Source: Octopus sinensis (taxonomy: Eukaryota). From it: DNA of 64,000 nucleotides. The position numbers were made by a program, and so were the translations under genes. Positions 13,247 through 25,951 of the stretch are shown one piece after another (position 1 is the first letter of the stretch; each line of letters opens with the position of its first letter). The stretch spans positions 21,762,001-21,826,000 of the forward strand of contig NC_043002.1 of NCBI RefSeq assembly GCF_006345805.1, read 5' to 3'. Below the pieces are notes generated by a model. The model was not told the DNA's origin, ran no database searches, and saw only the letters and a list, made by a program, of their open reading frames with translations.

Positions 13247-13627
13247 ATGTATGTATATATATATATATATATAGAATGAATGTTTTTATATATAATGAAC
13301 GTGAAATACAGGAAGGGATGAACACGGAACACAGACAAATCATTCGAAGCCTTCAATCTTCAGTCAGACACCGAATCATCATAGCAAATTTCGGCTGTTC
13401 AATTCTGATATTTGCTCCAACTCGGCCAGCCCCAAGAAAAAAACTAAGCTGTAAGCATTAGATTTCTTGGTAGAAGACAGGAATGTGAACGCACAAGACG
13501 GATGTAAATACAAGAGACGAAAACGAAATTGAAAACAGTAATGAATAAACAAAATATATATAACGGTGGTTGTCATACGACTTTAGACCAAATGAGACAA
13601 AACAACAACAACATAGCAGCTGGCGTA

Positions 13628-13668
<41 letters not shown>

Positions 13669-15448
13669 GTTAACTCATGCATAATACACATACATATATG
13701 AGCACACTGAAATGCATACATAAGACATGCATACACACACTCACACACACACATACTTATATGGGCAACCACATAGAGTGCATTGATATCTTTTTAAATT
13801 CCGACAATCAGATAAAACCCCTTGCAGATCTTGTGCAAGACTAGCAATACATATGTCTGGGTGCATATGAGGAATAAGTCTGTCAAGGAGATGCGTATTG
13901 TAAGTTTTATTGTTGTGTTGTTTGTCTGAGATATTCACAGAGAATTCTAGAACCTCTACCCCCATCACAGCTCATCAGCATCCAACATTCTTAGAAGATA
14001 AGATGTGATCCTTGGATGCCATCGCAGAGCATCAGATATTTTCAGGTGTTTGGGGTAGGGCTGTTTTGCTTCACATGTGTAGGGATGTATATATCTATGC
14101 GCATTGCTGTGTGTGTGTGTGTGCGTGCGTGTGTGAGTGTGTGTGTGTATCAAACACTTGAAATAAACCTATTTCATGTCTATGAAGATTTGTATGTATG
14201 TTTGTGTGAGTGTGTGTGTTAGATGTGTGTATATGTATTGGTGTTTGGGTATGCATGTAGGTAGTTGTGTGTGTATGTGTGCGTGTGCAAATATGTATGT
14301 GCTTCAGCAGTATTTTTAGTGACAGAAAACATTGAAAGGTGTGGTGGGAGGTTGTGGGGAGTGAAGTTCATTGTAATAGAGTGGTGGTGGTGGTGGTGGT
14401 GGGTTGTGATGTTGTAATAGAGTGGTGATTGTGTTAGTTGTGTATGGGGGGGGGGTCATGATGATGGCACAGTAGACAGTGGTTTTGATAGTGGTATGGG
14501 TGCTGGTTGTGGTGGTCGTTGTCGTGGCAGAGTTGATCATGGTTTTGGATATGGTGTAGGTGGTGGAGCAGATGGTGCTGTTGTATGGTGATGGTGGCAG
14601 TTGTGGTAATGGTGTAGTTTCCGTGGTGGTTGTGTTGGCATGTGAATTAGATGGTTGAAGTAGCAGTAAAGATCATAGTTGTAGTGGCAGCGTAGGTGGT
14701 AGTGCAGTGTTACTGATAATAGTGAAAATAATAATAATAATAGTAAATACATATAAACATTTGCTTCCTTGCTTCTTCCTACATCTATTTTTTTTATTTT
14801 CCTTTATTTCTCTCCGCCTTCTTTTCATTCTTTCTTCCTTACTTCCTTTCCTTCCTACCCCTGCTCCTCAACCTCTATCCTCTAGTCTTATCTTCAATCT
14901 GTCTGGCAATGTTTATAGGGAATACATTTCAAAACTAAATGAATGCTTCTTATTTTTGGGGAAGCCTTTTTTATCTATACATCAATGCAATCATCATCAT
15001 CATCATCATCATCATGCCATATAATCGTTATCATTATGTCACTTCCTAGCTAGTTATAAGATAGGGACACAGATATAATCATCATAAACAGAGCCTGGAA
15101 GATTGCTTAGAGATGAATATGCCTTTTTAAAGTATCATAAGAGCATGAAACTATTAGTAGCTCTTTCATAATGTGTATTAAATTTATATATATATATATA
15201 TATATATATATGGATAGATAGATAGATAGATTTAGATAGATGGATGGGTAGATAGATTTAGATTGAGAGATGGATAAATAGATGGATAGAGAGATAGATA
15301 GATATAGATAGATAGATTTAGATAGAGATGGATAGATAGATAGATAGACAGACAGACATATAAAGTAAACAGAAAATGGAGAAATATTGATCAACAGCAA
15401 TTGACTTAGATCAATTATTATTTTTTATTCAATGCAAATAGCTTGTAT

Positions 15449-15567
15449 CCCATCTAACAGCTGTTTCTGCTTCCAATGTTGTATGGTATCACCATTAATA
15501 TTCTAAAATAATATTCATCATATTTGGTAATAAATCCGATCTGGAACATGGAGCTTCATCAGAGTGA
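15449..15567 (-). ncRNA. Type I hammerhead-ribozyme-like motif (Penelope-like-element type), probably degenerate
   Basis: Minus strand reads cact-CTGATGA-agctccatgtt...aacattggaagc-a-GAAAC-AGCT-GTT-agatgg. Palindromic helix III ACAGCTGT. AATAAA lies ~25 nt downstream. Confidence 0.6.
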
Positions 15568-15840
15568 AGAAAAATACATACATAAAAGAAAAAAAAGAGT
15601 CTTGAAGGGAAAAGGAAAGGCTTAATATGTTTAAATCATATCATTTTGTTTATGTGTTGTTTTGGGACATTAAATAAATGACTAAACTTAAAATAGTAAT
15701 TGGTAGGTTAATTTTTCTATGGGGGTACTAGGGTAGATAAGTAATAAAAAAAAAAGTAAAAATAAAAAATTTTACAGTAATGGGATACACCAGTAGGTTT
15801 AGTCAAAGAGGGAGTGAGAGTGCCATAACGATTTGAATTA

Positions 15841-16231
15841 ATCATAATAGTTCTTTAAAATTTTTGTCTATAGTTAATTAATAGTTTTTATTGTAGTAAA
15901 ATGCCCAAAAATTAATTTTAATTATTTACTTACTGATATGTGGTAAAGTCCAACCACCTATTGCTCATATAATTAATCAGTTCGATATTATTGGTCAGTT
16001 AAATTTAAAAGCAAAGGGCAAGCTATTAAGACCTGTTATACAGGTTGGTATAAATAAATAAATATAGGCACAGGAGTGGCTGTGTGGTAAATAGCTTGAT
16101 TACCAACCACATGGTTCCGGGTCCAGTCCCACTGCGTGACAACTTGGACAAGTGTCTTCTACTATAGCCTCGAGCTGACCAAAGCCTTGCAAGTGGATTT
16201 GGTAGACAGAAACTGAAAGAAACCCATCGTA

Positions 16232-16270
<39 letters not shown>

Positions 16271-16942
16271 ATGTATATGTTTGTGTATCTGTGTTTGCCC
16301 TCCCCAACATTACTTGACAACCGATGCTGGTGTGCTTATGTCCCCGTAACTTAGCAGTTCAGCAAAAGAGAGTGATAGAATAAGTACTAGGCTTACAAAG
16401 AATAAGTCCTGAGATTGATTTGCTTGACTAAAAGGCAGTGCTCCAGCATGGCCGCAGTCAAATGACTGAAACAAGTAAAAGAATAAGAGTATAAAATAAA
16501 AGTATGGAGAAGTAGTGTCTGTTTTCCACCCTCAGCCGCCTTATTCCCTATTTGTCCAAATATATACCTATCTATGTTTTAATGATAATGCTGGCATCAT
16601 TCATTGCTTTACATTGTACTTGTTTACATGTTTGTTTTTTTATATACAATGTCCTAAACAATTTTGGGCCCCTTACAATATACACTACTCTTCCATACTG
16701 TTACTTTTTATTTATCTATTTATTTATTTATACCAGCCCTTATAACGGTCGCCCTTTGTTTTTAAATTTAACTGACCAATTATATCGAACGCAGGTCCTT
16801 GGTCAATCCCATTACAAACAATAGGGGGTTGGACTTTACCACTTATCAGTGAGTAAATAACGGAAATTAATTGTCAAGCATTTTATTACAATGAAAATTA
16901 TTAATTAATACTGTAGACATAATTAATATGAAGTAATATGAT
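15841..16942. mobile_element. Long-TIR (foldback/MITE-like) element with ~220-bp imperfect inverted arms, carrying a SINE insertion
   Basis: 15841-16063 is the reverse complement of 16714-16942, e.g. ttatttacttactgatatgtggtaaagtccaacc vs ggttggactttaccacttatcagtgagtaaataa, and ttggtcagttaaatttaaaagcaaagggc vs gccctttgtttttaaatttaactgaccaa. Confidence 0.8.
16067..16490 (+). mobile_element. SINE family A
   Basis: Head ggcacaggagtggctgtgtggtaa, then ttggacaagtgtcttctactatagcc, a central microsatellite, and tail ctccagcatggccgcagtcaaatgactgaaacaagtaaaaga. Confidence 0.9.
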
Positions 16943-16996
16943 ACCACCATACCTGAGCCCTCATTGATGTATTTACATACATATTTAATACATTTT

Positions 16997-17402
16997 ATAG
17001 AGTTGCATGACTCAACATTAACATGGGATGCAAAGTGTTAGACAGCAATGGGTTGTAGGGCACAATCCACCTGTTGTCAGTTTCCATTCCTTGGCCATTA
17101 AGTTTGAGCTTGGTAGTGTTTAGGGTGATCAAAGGAAAATGAGTGGGTTATTTCCCTTTGCTAAAAAATGAATGGATTATTCCCTTGACTGTTAAAGGAA
17201 AATATATTGATTATATATGTGGACTCCTTCTAGGGGTCCTAGCTGTCCATTTATAGATTTTTTATTAAACTTCAATGAGCCTAGTAATGAACTGGAACAT
17301 ATTTGCAACTTGAACATATTTGCAAAGTTTCATTAAACTCCATTAACGGATGTAGACAGCAATTTGACACAAACAGGCAACTTACGTTTGTATATGTATA
17401 GA
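16997..17402 (-). mobile_element. Older, decayed non-autonomous Helitron-like element
   Basis: Minus-strand start TCTATACATATACAAAC resembles the 5' end of the 22607-23125 element. A degenerate (c>a)TAG plus hairpin remnant 'tgactcaacattaacatggg' lies at the other end. Confidence 0.4.
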
Positions 17403-17681
17403 TATCATTATATTTATTTAATATCTGTTGTTTTCCATGCTGACATGGATTGGACAGATTAACAGGATCCAACTGAGTATCATTGACAATTGTTCCTACT
17501 CATTTTCTTTCTCACTATATCCACCCCTACATACCTCTGACATCTATCTCTGTCACTGTGCACCTTCTCTCCCTACCACCACCACATTTCACTTCATCTC
17601 CTGACTACAGTTTTATTATACTGTTGCTCATCCCTTTATGTATTGCCACCTATCACCTCCTTATTTTCTTTGACTATTACC

Positions 17682-17911
17682 TATTTCTTTATTACCCACA
17701 AGGGGCTAAACACAGAGGGGGGACAAACAAGGACAGACATAGGTATTAAGTCGATTACATCGACCCCAGTGCATAACTGGTACTTAATTTATCGACTCCG
17801 AAAGGATGAAAGGCAAAGTCGACCTCGGCGGAATTTGAACTCACAACGTAATGACGGACGAAATACGGCTACGCATTTCGCCCGGCGTGCTAACGTTTCT
17901 GCCAGCTCGCC
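17682..17911 (-). mobile_element. SINE family B, young full-length copy
   Basis: Reverse complement of the 8414 unit, CpGs retained. 16-bp TSD ttctttgactattacc at 17666-17681 and 17912-17927. Confidence 0.9.
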
Positions 17912-18856
17912 TTCTTTGACTATTACCACCACCCCTCTAACTGAGATTCACCAACGACCACGCCTCTGTTCATGTTTACCACTCACTTCTTTCCCTTCTG
18001 TTCTCATCTCTTTTCATCTGCCATTCTCCTTTCACATTGTGTGTCTGTATGTGTGTGTATATATACATACATTCATGCATGCATAAACATAAGCACACAC
18101 ACACACATGCATGTATAGATAGAGAGAAATATAAATAGATAGCGACAGACAGACACATGTATTTATGTCTATTTTGTTGAGAGAGAAAAAGAGCGTTTTT
18201 TTTTCTTTTCTTCATTTTATCTCTATCCTTCACCTTATGAGTTTTTCTGTGTGTTGCTAACCTCTTCATACCCTCAGGCTCCTAAGTTCAAACACTGACT
18301 AGCTTCACTTGGCCTTTCATCTCTGTGACATCAGTAACGTAGCTAGAAGCAACTGTATATGCTCCACCACTTGATTGGTTGGTCCTTAGATATAATTTAG
18401 TCTGACCCCTTAAAGTCACATGTACTGATAATAACTTATTGGAGCAACGAGTGTTTGTGTGTGTGTATGTATGTATGTGTGCGTGTTTGTGTATGTAACT
18501 GTGTGTGTGTGTGTGTATAGGTATGCATGCATATATATATGTATATATGTGTGTCTATGTATGTACACATAATTGCATGTATATATACATGCATATATAT
18601 GTGATGTGTTTATGCATTCACATATGGGTATGTGTTTATATGTGTATATATGCATATATATATATACACACACACACATATATATATATGTATGTATGTA
18701 TATATGTATGCATGTATATATATGTGTGATGTGTGTGGATGCATGTATGTATGTGTGCATACTAATATGTGAATGTATGTATATATAAATGTGTGTGTTT
18801 GTGTGTGAATATATGTATGTATGCTTACATGTGAAATTATATATACATGTGTGTGT

Positions 18857-18931
<75 letters not shown>

Positions 18932-19755
18932 TACTCGTGTGTGTGTGCACATGTAAACATAAAAGTGATATTATTTTAAAGTAATTAAAGGTTGTGAGCT
19001 GACAGAATCATTAGCATACTGAGAAACTGCTTAGCAATATTTTGTCCTTGTTTATGGTTTAAGTTCAAATCCTGCCATGGTTGACTTTGCCTTTCCTTCT
19101 TTTGGGGTCAATAAAATAAAGCACCAGTTGAGCACCAAAAATTTCAAGCCTTGGGTGACAGATCAGAAACGAAGACAGAAATAGGTGTGCTGTCACAAAG
19201 GAGATACATGGTTATCCAACATGAGGAAAGTGCAAGAGAAGGCAATAGCAGAATAGAGATGGTGGCAAAGTGCTGGTCATACTCACAAGGAATGGGGATC
19301 AGAATATAAATGGGATGGTCAAGTAAAGGCAGAGAAAGATGTAGATGGTGGCAAGTCCCAGGGCATACCCTTGGGGTTTGTAGGTCATAATAGAAGTGGT
19401 AGGATATTGCCAAAGAAGTGTAATTGGAGAGTGGGGAGGTGAAGTGAGTGGTGAAAACCCGGGTATATATATATATAGTGATGGGGCTACCTGATAGCAA
19501 TGATACAGTGAAACAGGGCCTTGAGCACAGGAATAGGGAATGAGAGGTAGGCATTGTGCATGAAAGGGGAAATGTGAAGAAGATAAGAGATGTAGTTTGG
19601 TTTGTTGTGGTAAGGTGTGTGAAGTTTTCTTGTTATGTGTGGGTGGGACACACAGTACTTCTAGAACTCGCTGATGTGGGCAGGTCTTCTCAAGAACCAC
19701 ATGTCACCAGACATCTCAGTCCATTTATGTGTGTGTGTGTGTATTTACATATATA

Positions 19756-20993
19756 CAAGGTGCATAAGGTATTTGAGGACATACCCTTTTTGGGTCATTG
19801 CTGCATTTTTTGCTAACTCTGTATAATCTTTGTTTCAGAAAATAATAATGGCAGACCTTCAGCTTACTGAAGAAATGAAGTGGCATGTTGTTATTGTGGT
19901 TATAAAGGCTGAGCATAGCAATTTAGAAATATCTCAATTTTTAAAAGTTGCCATATCTTTTGTCTGCAAAGTTTGTAAGAAGCTAGAGACTGAAGATGGA
20001 AATGTATCACCAGTATCAAAGCATAAAAAGCATTCTAAATGCTCTGAAATCATCAGAAGACCTGAATTTATCCAGCAAATTCAACAGACCATTGATTACA
20101 ATCCCAGAAACTCCATGAGGTCAGTTGTAAAAGATCTCCATGTGTCAGGAGGACAGTCAGAAATGTTGTCCATGAAGACATCAGATATAAGTCTTATATG
20201 ATGAGAAAAGGTCAGTTTTTTGTCAGAAAAGGCAAAAGAAAATCACTACATCATATCTAAAAGGCTCTTAAACAAACTGAAAAATTCAGGAGAAGAAGAT
20301 TTGATTTGGTTTTTCTCAAACAAGAAAAATTTCGACCAAGATCAAAAAATAAACAGAAGAAATGACAGATGGTTTTCTGCAGACCCTTCTGATGTTCCCA
20401 GTGTTGTGCATACAAAATTTCCTGCAGCTGTCATGGTTTTGGGGGTTGTCAGCAATGGACACGTGATGCCTCCTTATTTCTTTCCACAAGGCCTTAGAAT
20501 TAACTCTGCTGCCTACATTGAGGTCCTGGAAATAATTGTTAAGCCCTGGATACACAGTGTATGCAATGGAAGGCCATTTGTGTTTCAGTAAGATGCTGAA
20601 CTATTACACATGGTTCTAGTAACACAGAAATGGATGGCTGAAAATTTTCATGATCACATAAGCCCTAACATTTGGCCTCCTAATTCCTCAGATCTCAATC
20701 CATTGTTGAGAGAGAGGTCAATGAACACACCCATAACACCAAAGATTCTATGAAAGCTGCCATAGTGAGAGTAGTGTCCAAAATGAACCAGAGCCACTTG
20801 ATTCGAGCATGTAGATAATTTAGATCTTATATGAAAGCAGTTGTTGAAGCTGAAGGTGGCTTTATTGAATAACATTATAGAAAAGGTTTATTTTTATCCT
20901 CATAGCATTTTTTAATAAATAAAGTCATTATCTGTTATTATATATCTATTTTTTATAAATATAAATCTGTCCTCAAATATCTTACGCATTCTG
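19756..20993 (+). mobile_element. Full-length inactivated Tc1/mariner transposon of the DD37D (maT) family
   Basis: 26-bp TIRs at 19756-19781 and 20968-20993 (21/26 match), TA at both flanks, 1238 bp. Transposase is split across ORFs 19830-20201 and 20220-20591, with motifs WFFSNKKNF, HTKFPAAVMVLGVVS, FVFQ*D and WPPNSSDLNPL. Confidence 0.92.
19848..20872 (+). pseudogene. DD37D transposase pseudogene
   Basis: Frameshift near 20150-20220 and in-frame TAA at 20589-20591. Exactly 37 codons separate the second Asp from the end of DLNPL; the third Asp segment appears deleted. Confidence 0.88.
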
Positions 20994-21052
20994 TATATGT
21001 AAATATATATATATTACATATATATGCAAATATATATCATCATCATATGTCG

Positions 21053-21105
<53 letters not shown>

Positions 21106-22528
21106 TCATCATCATCATCATATGTTGCATATATATATAAAGATATATGTAGATTTATATACATTTGTGTAATCATGTAGCTTCTCTACAGAAGGGAACC
21201 TGTTGTGTTCTGGCTCCTCTCACTTTTACTCCTCATCTCCTGACATAAAGCTGCCCCTCTCAGGACTGGTAGTCTTGGGATCTAAACGATGACCTCACAA
21301 GTGTAAGTTGCACAAGAAAAGCATCCAGTACACTGATGCACAAAGCAGTCCTTAGGCTCACGGGATTCTTTTGAAGCATCCAATGCCTGCCAGAATGTAA
21401 CATGGTCATTAATTGATGACGATGACAACCACCACCACCATCATCATCACTTAACATCTGTTTTCTATGCTGGCATGGCCTCAATCATTTGACTGGGCCT
21501 GGTCAGACAGAGCACTGCTGCAGGCTTTACTATCTGTTTTAGCAGGGTTTTTATAGCTAGATGCCCTTCCTAACATCAACCACCTTACAGAATGGACTGG
21601 TGCTTTTTATGTAGCACCAGCACCAACAAGGCCAGTTTCGGCATGGCTTTTGCAGGTGGGTACCACTCCAATGGATGCCAGTCCATTGCAGGCTTACTCA
21701 TTAACAACTGAGTAGACACTGGAGTAACATAAATTGAAGTTCTTTTATTTTTTTCTGAAGACCACAATGTACTACCCATTCTGGGAATTGAAACCACAAT
21801 CTTGTGATCATTTGTGCAACTGGGCCTTGCACCTTCACATGATGATGTTCATCATCATCATGTGTATATATATATATATCATCATTATCATCATTCATAC
21901 ATGTACACACATATATACATACATACAAATGTATGTACATACACACATACACAGACACTTATATCTGTATATATTCACTATAAATCAATGAAGGAAAATT
22001 GTATTTTGTGTGTGTATGTTTGTGTTTTTCATTACCAGTATATTTCTATCATATGAAGTATGTGTATGTATGTATGCCCTGCCCATAAGCAAAGATTAAA
22101 ATAAGAGACTACTTCTCTGCTGAGTCTTCACTGAATTGTCTCCAAAGAACTTTGTCAGTCATGTAAATCTTTTATCTTCTTTAATCGACACATGTCTCCT
22201 GTCAGTTGCCATATTATCAGCTCTCTAACCCTAATTCACTTCAACTTATCACCAGTAGTATTTATCAAAAGAATGTATGCTCCTTACACGAATATAATCG
22301 AAACTTATCTTTCAATCGTTTCACTCATTGGATTGCAGCCATGTTGACACAACACCTTAAAAGGGTCAGTTGAGCAAATCAGCCCTGTTCTTATTCTGTT
22401 GGTCTCTTTTTTGCTAAAGTGTGAAAGAATGGGGAAGTAAATAAACCAAAACCAGTTGTAAAGTGCTATGATGATGATGGTGGTGGTGGTGGTGGAAAAA
22501 CAGAAAGCTACACACACACACACAAACT

Positions 22529-23265
22529 TGAGGGGGTGCTGAAAAGTTCTTAACTTTTGGTAAAAGTAAATACAGGAGGATCAGTTCATTATGATTTTAT
22601 TAAATACTAGCAGTATCGCCCGGCGTTGCTCGGGTTTGTAAGGAAAATAACTATATAAGCATTTTTAGAGAGTTACTTCCTTTATAGATGCCAATTCGGG
22701 CTTTCTTAGCCATTTCTGTTTTGGTGTCTTCAAGCCATGAAGTCGTTGTTCTAAAAGAACGCTGGTCTCCTTGACAACGCTTTACGACGTTGATTTCCTT
22801 AAACTCCCTTCCCCACAGCTTCACGAGGGAGGGAAGAAGGGGGAGAAGCAAACACAGGTGCAGGTGTTTGAGCATGGACGCCAACTCCGCCGCCATCGAC
22901 ACACGAAAAATTATGCATTAAAATGGAATAAAAAATGATGTCAAATTATTTTTAAAATCGTAGACTCATCGTAGACGCGCGCTAATACCCAGACGGGCTT
23001 GATATTAATCACGACTATAAGATACCCGAATTTGGTTAAACTGCACCGCAAAATGTGGGAGGAGTTAGGAATCTAAATCGTAGGAGACAGACACTCACAC
23101 AACTACAGTTTTATATATATATAGATATTCCCCTCTAAGATGCATGCACTTATTGCAGTGATCCTTCAGTTTTTTTAAGCCCTATAAAATAATTTGGAAA
23201 GTTGGTCCTCCAACCAGGGTTTTTTGTGTTACCCTTGAAGCCAGAAACTCTTCAGCTCCCCTTCA
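22529..23265. mobile_element. Mariner-type MITE interrupted by the Helitron
   Basis: TIRs tgagggggtgctgaaaagtt (22529-) and aactcttcagctccccttca (-23265) match about 17/20. TA follows the right end. About 220 bp remains once the Helitron is removed. Confidence 0.72.
22607..23125 (-). mobile_element. Non-autonomous Helitron (519 bp)
   Basis: On the minus strand it starts with TC (23125) and ends with CTAG (22607-22610). Subterminal GC hairpin CCCGAGCAACGCCGGG at 22619-22634. Inserted between host A and T with no TSD. Confidence 0.9.
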
Positions 23266-23289
23266 TATATACATACATATATGCATAAA

Positions 23290-23321
<32 letters not shown>

Positions 23322-23353
23322 CACATACATATATGTATGCATGTGTGTATATG

Positions 23354-23385
<32 letters not shown>

Positions 23386-24229
23386 TATACATACATATGT
23401 ACATACATACATGCCTACTTATAATATATTACATGCATGAATACATACATAAGTACATATGCAACAGGATTCCTCACATGGTATTGCAGCTCATAATTGA
23501 AGTCACTTGCCCAAGTTGCCTCACGGTGAGACTGAACCTGAAACCATGCAGTTGCAAAGCAAACTTTTTAACCACACCACACCTAAAAAGCTTTGCTGGT
23601 ATTTTACTTTTGTAAAAGGCAAAAAGCGAAAGAGAAGCAATTATGTATCCAAGGAAAGTAACCATTGGAACAAAATACTGATATATATCTTGATTTTGTG
23701 AAATAATATACCAAAGACATGATGACCCACAGCAGGACAGTTAATACAAGGAAGATAACCATTTATTCATAATATTTGGTGGGATTAGAAGCTTGTATTT
23801 GAAATTAAGGAAAAAGAAAAAGAGATTCATGGAATGCACATATTTAATTAATTGATATATCTAGTTAATTATTATTTTTTTTATTTTGTTATTAACTTAT
23901 TTCAAAGTTCAGTTGAAGAAGAGTTGAGAAATGGTATCTGAACCAGTTTGATGAAGGTGCTTTTTTGCAGTTGCTTGACCTGTTTGAAGTAGCAGCTAAA
24001 TCTCGATCAGCTCACACTCTGTAGACTTTAAAAAGGAAGCGTGCCTTGACTAATGTAGTTTGGTGTATTCTATAAATGTTAAAATTGAGGTAAGATGGTC
24101 ACATTTGGAATGATTTTAGTCATATAGGTCTGCTGGGAAAAGCTGAACATGGGGTTAATCAATAACAACAGTAGTAATGAAGACAAGGGTATTAGAATAT
24201 TGGTTCTGTCATTATTGTTGTTATTTATT

Positions 24230-24535
24230 TAACCCCAGGTCATCCCTGACAGAGTGCATCTATGGTTTTGAACCTATCAGCTATGACTGCCATGTCTATA
24301 TAAATAGAACAGAGACTCTCTGTTTTTTGTAATGTTTTTGTTGTTTGACCACTGGTCAACTCTGACTTAGCAAACCTATGATCAAAGGGCAACCCAGCTA
24401 GACATAGTATATCTAAAACTACATTACCCAATGTATCTTTCTATTTTAAAGATGGTAAGCTGTGAACTGAGAGAGATTTAGTTGCTATTTCGAGCAAGTT
24501 GAATGATCACATAGACGCTACTTCCTCATTGGCTC
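24230..24535 (+). repeat. Interspersed repeat family D (GTT-led)
   Basis: ggtca..ctgac..agca.acctatgatcaaagg...acattaccca...gagagattt...gctattt recurs near 495-680, 5220-5430, 7600-7815(-), 11600-11770(-), 23960-24170(-) and 44815-44990. Confidence 0.6.
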
Positions 24536-24946
24536 CTTCTGTGAGAATCTGTGGGGTTTTCAGGGTGAGATCAACTTCATGTTCCACTTGGCTGAAGGCA
24601 TGTGTATCAAAGTATATATAGAAAGAAAGAAAAAAACGGTGGAAGATATTGAGATATTTATTACACGGAAAGCCAGACAGACCCAGGAAGGCTGACGTAT
24701 GGTTCTGTTCCTATCAGATTTTCTCTTTTTCTTTTTCCTTCTCGTACATTGTTGAAGTGACCTTATGGTCATGCAACAGTGATTCCTGACCCTTTGACAT
24801 CAGCATATCATTCAATCATATCCTTTGTACTCTATAAGCACCTTTTATCTAAGTTGCTTCATCCATCACTCATCTCTTGGAATGAAAGTTTTCTGTCAGT
24901 CTGCTGTTATTGAAGTTGATAAGAAAAGACAAAAACAACCCTTTTA

Positions 24947-24949
<3 letters not shown>

Positions 24950-25030
<81 letters not shown>

Positions 25031-25092
25031 CTCTCTATCTATCTATCTATCTCTCTATCTATCTATCTCTCTCTCTCCCTCTCTCTATCTCT
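24950..25092. repeat. (CT)n/(CTAT)n microsatellite
   Basis: Direct inspection. Confidence 0.95.
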
Positions 25093-25199
25093 CATATGAC
25101 CACCAATATATTTCCTGAATAGCAACATCTACTGGTGACTTGTCCTATTAAGTCATATACTGCTGCTCTCTCCTTTTTGGAAAATTCACCAAAAACCAT

Positions 25200-25730
25200 T
25201 GTTATTATAGTTATTATTACATGAGTTGTTACAATTTTTGTTGTTGTTCTTATTGGTACAGTTATAATTGCTTGCAGTTGCTATTGTTGCTTATGCAGTT
25301 GCAATTGTCATGATTGCATTTGTGATTACAGTTGATGTTGCTGTTGCAGTTGTTGTTACAGTTGTGATGGCAATTGTTCTTGTTGCTTTTGCTGTGTTTC
25401 TGTTGCTATTGTAGCATTATTGTTGCTATTGTTGATATTTTTGCTGTTCCTGTCGGAGTTGCAGATGTTATTGCAGTTGTTGTTGATGTTGTTATTGCTA
25501 CAGTTGTTCTTCGTGTTGCTTTTGCAGTTGCTATTTTTGTTGTTAATTTTTGCGGTTGTTTTTGTTGCTATTGCAGTTGTTATTTTTGTTGTTGCTACTG
25601 TCGTTCTTGTTGCTATTACAGTTATTGCAGTTGTTACAGCTGTTGTTGTTAAAGTTACTATTGTAACATTTGTCTTTTTGTTGCAATTGTTGTATTTGCC
25701 ACAGTTGTTGTTTTTGTTCTTCTTTTTCTG
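25200..25730. repeat. Degenerate (GTT/GCT)n triplet tract
   Basis: Direct inspection. Confidence 0.85.
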
Positions 25731-25951
25731 TTAGTCACTTGAATTCAACAAAAATGAAATGTTTTGTTTTTTTCCTTTTATTTCATTACACTTTCAAAAC
25801 GTTTTGTTGTTGTTGTTACATTTGGTTGCCTTAGCTGAAGGGGCAGTGTTGGCCCCTATCTATATTTTGAATGTTTTACACCTGTTGAATTGAATTAATT
25901 AGAGTAAACTAGGCAAAGACTGTACTGCTGATATTCAACTTAAATTATCAG

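Noticed and set aside
13290-13625. Second possible hammerhead on the minus strand (GGCTG...CAGCC-GAAA, and a later CTGAAGA)
   Set aside because: The core elements are not in canonical order with intact stems. Probably a repeat terminus, but a ribozyme cannot be supported.
18416-18960. HTHT/YIYI/CVCV ORFs here and throughout the window
   Set aside because: Dinucleotide-repeat translations.
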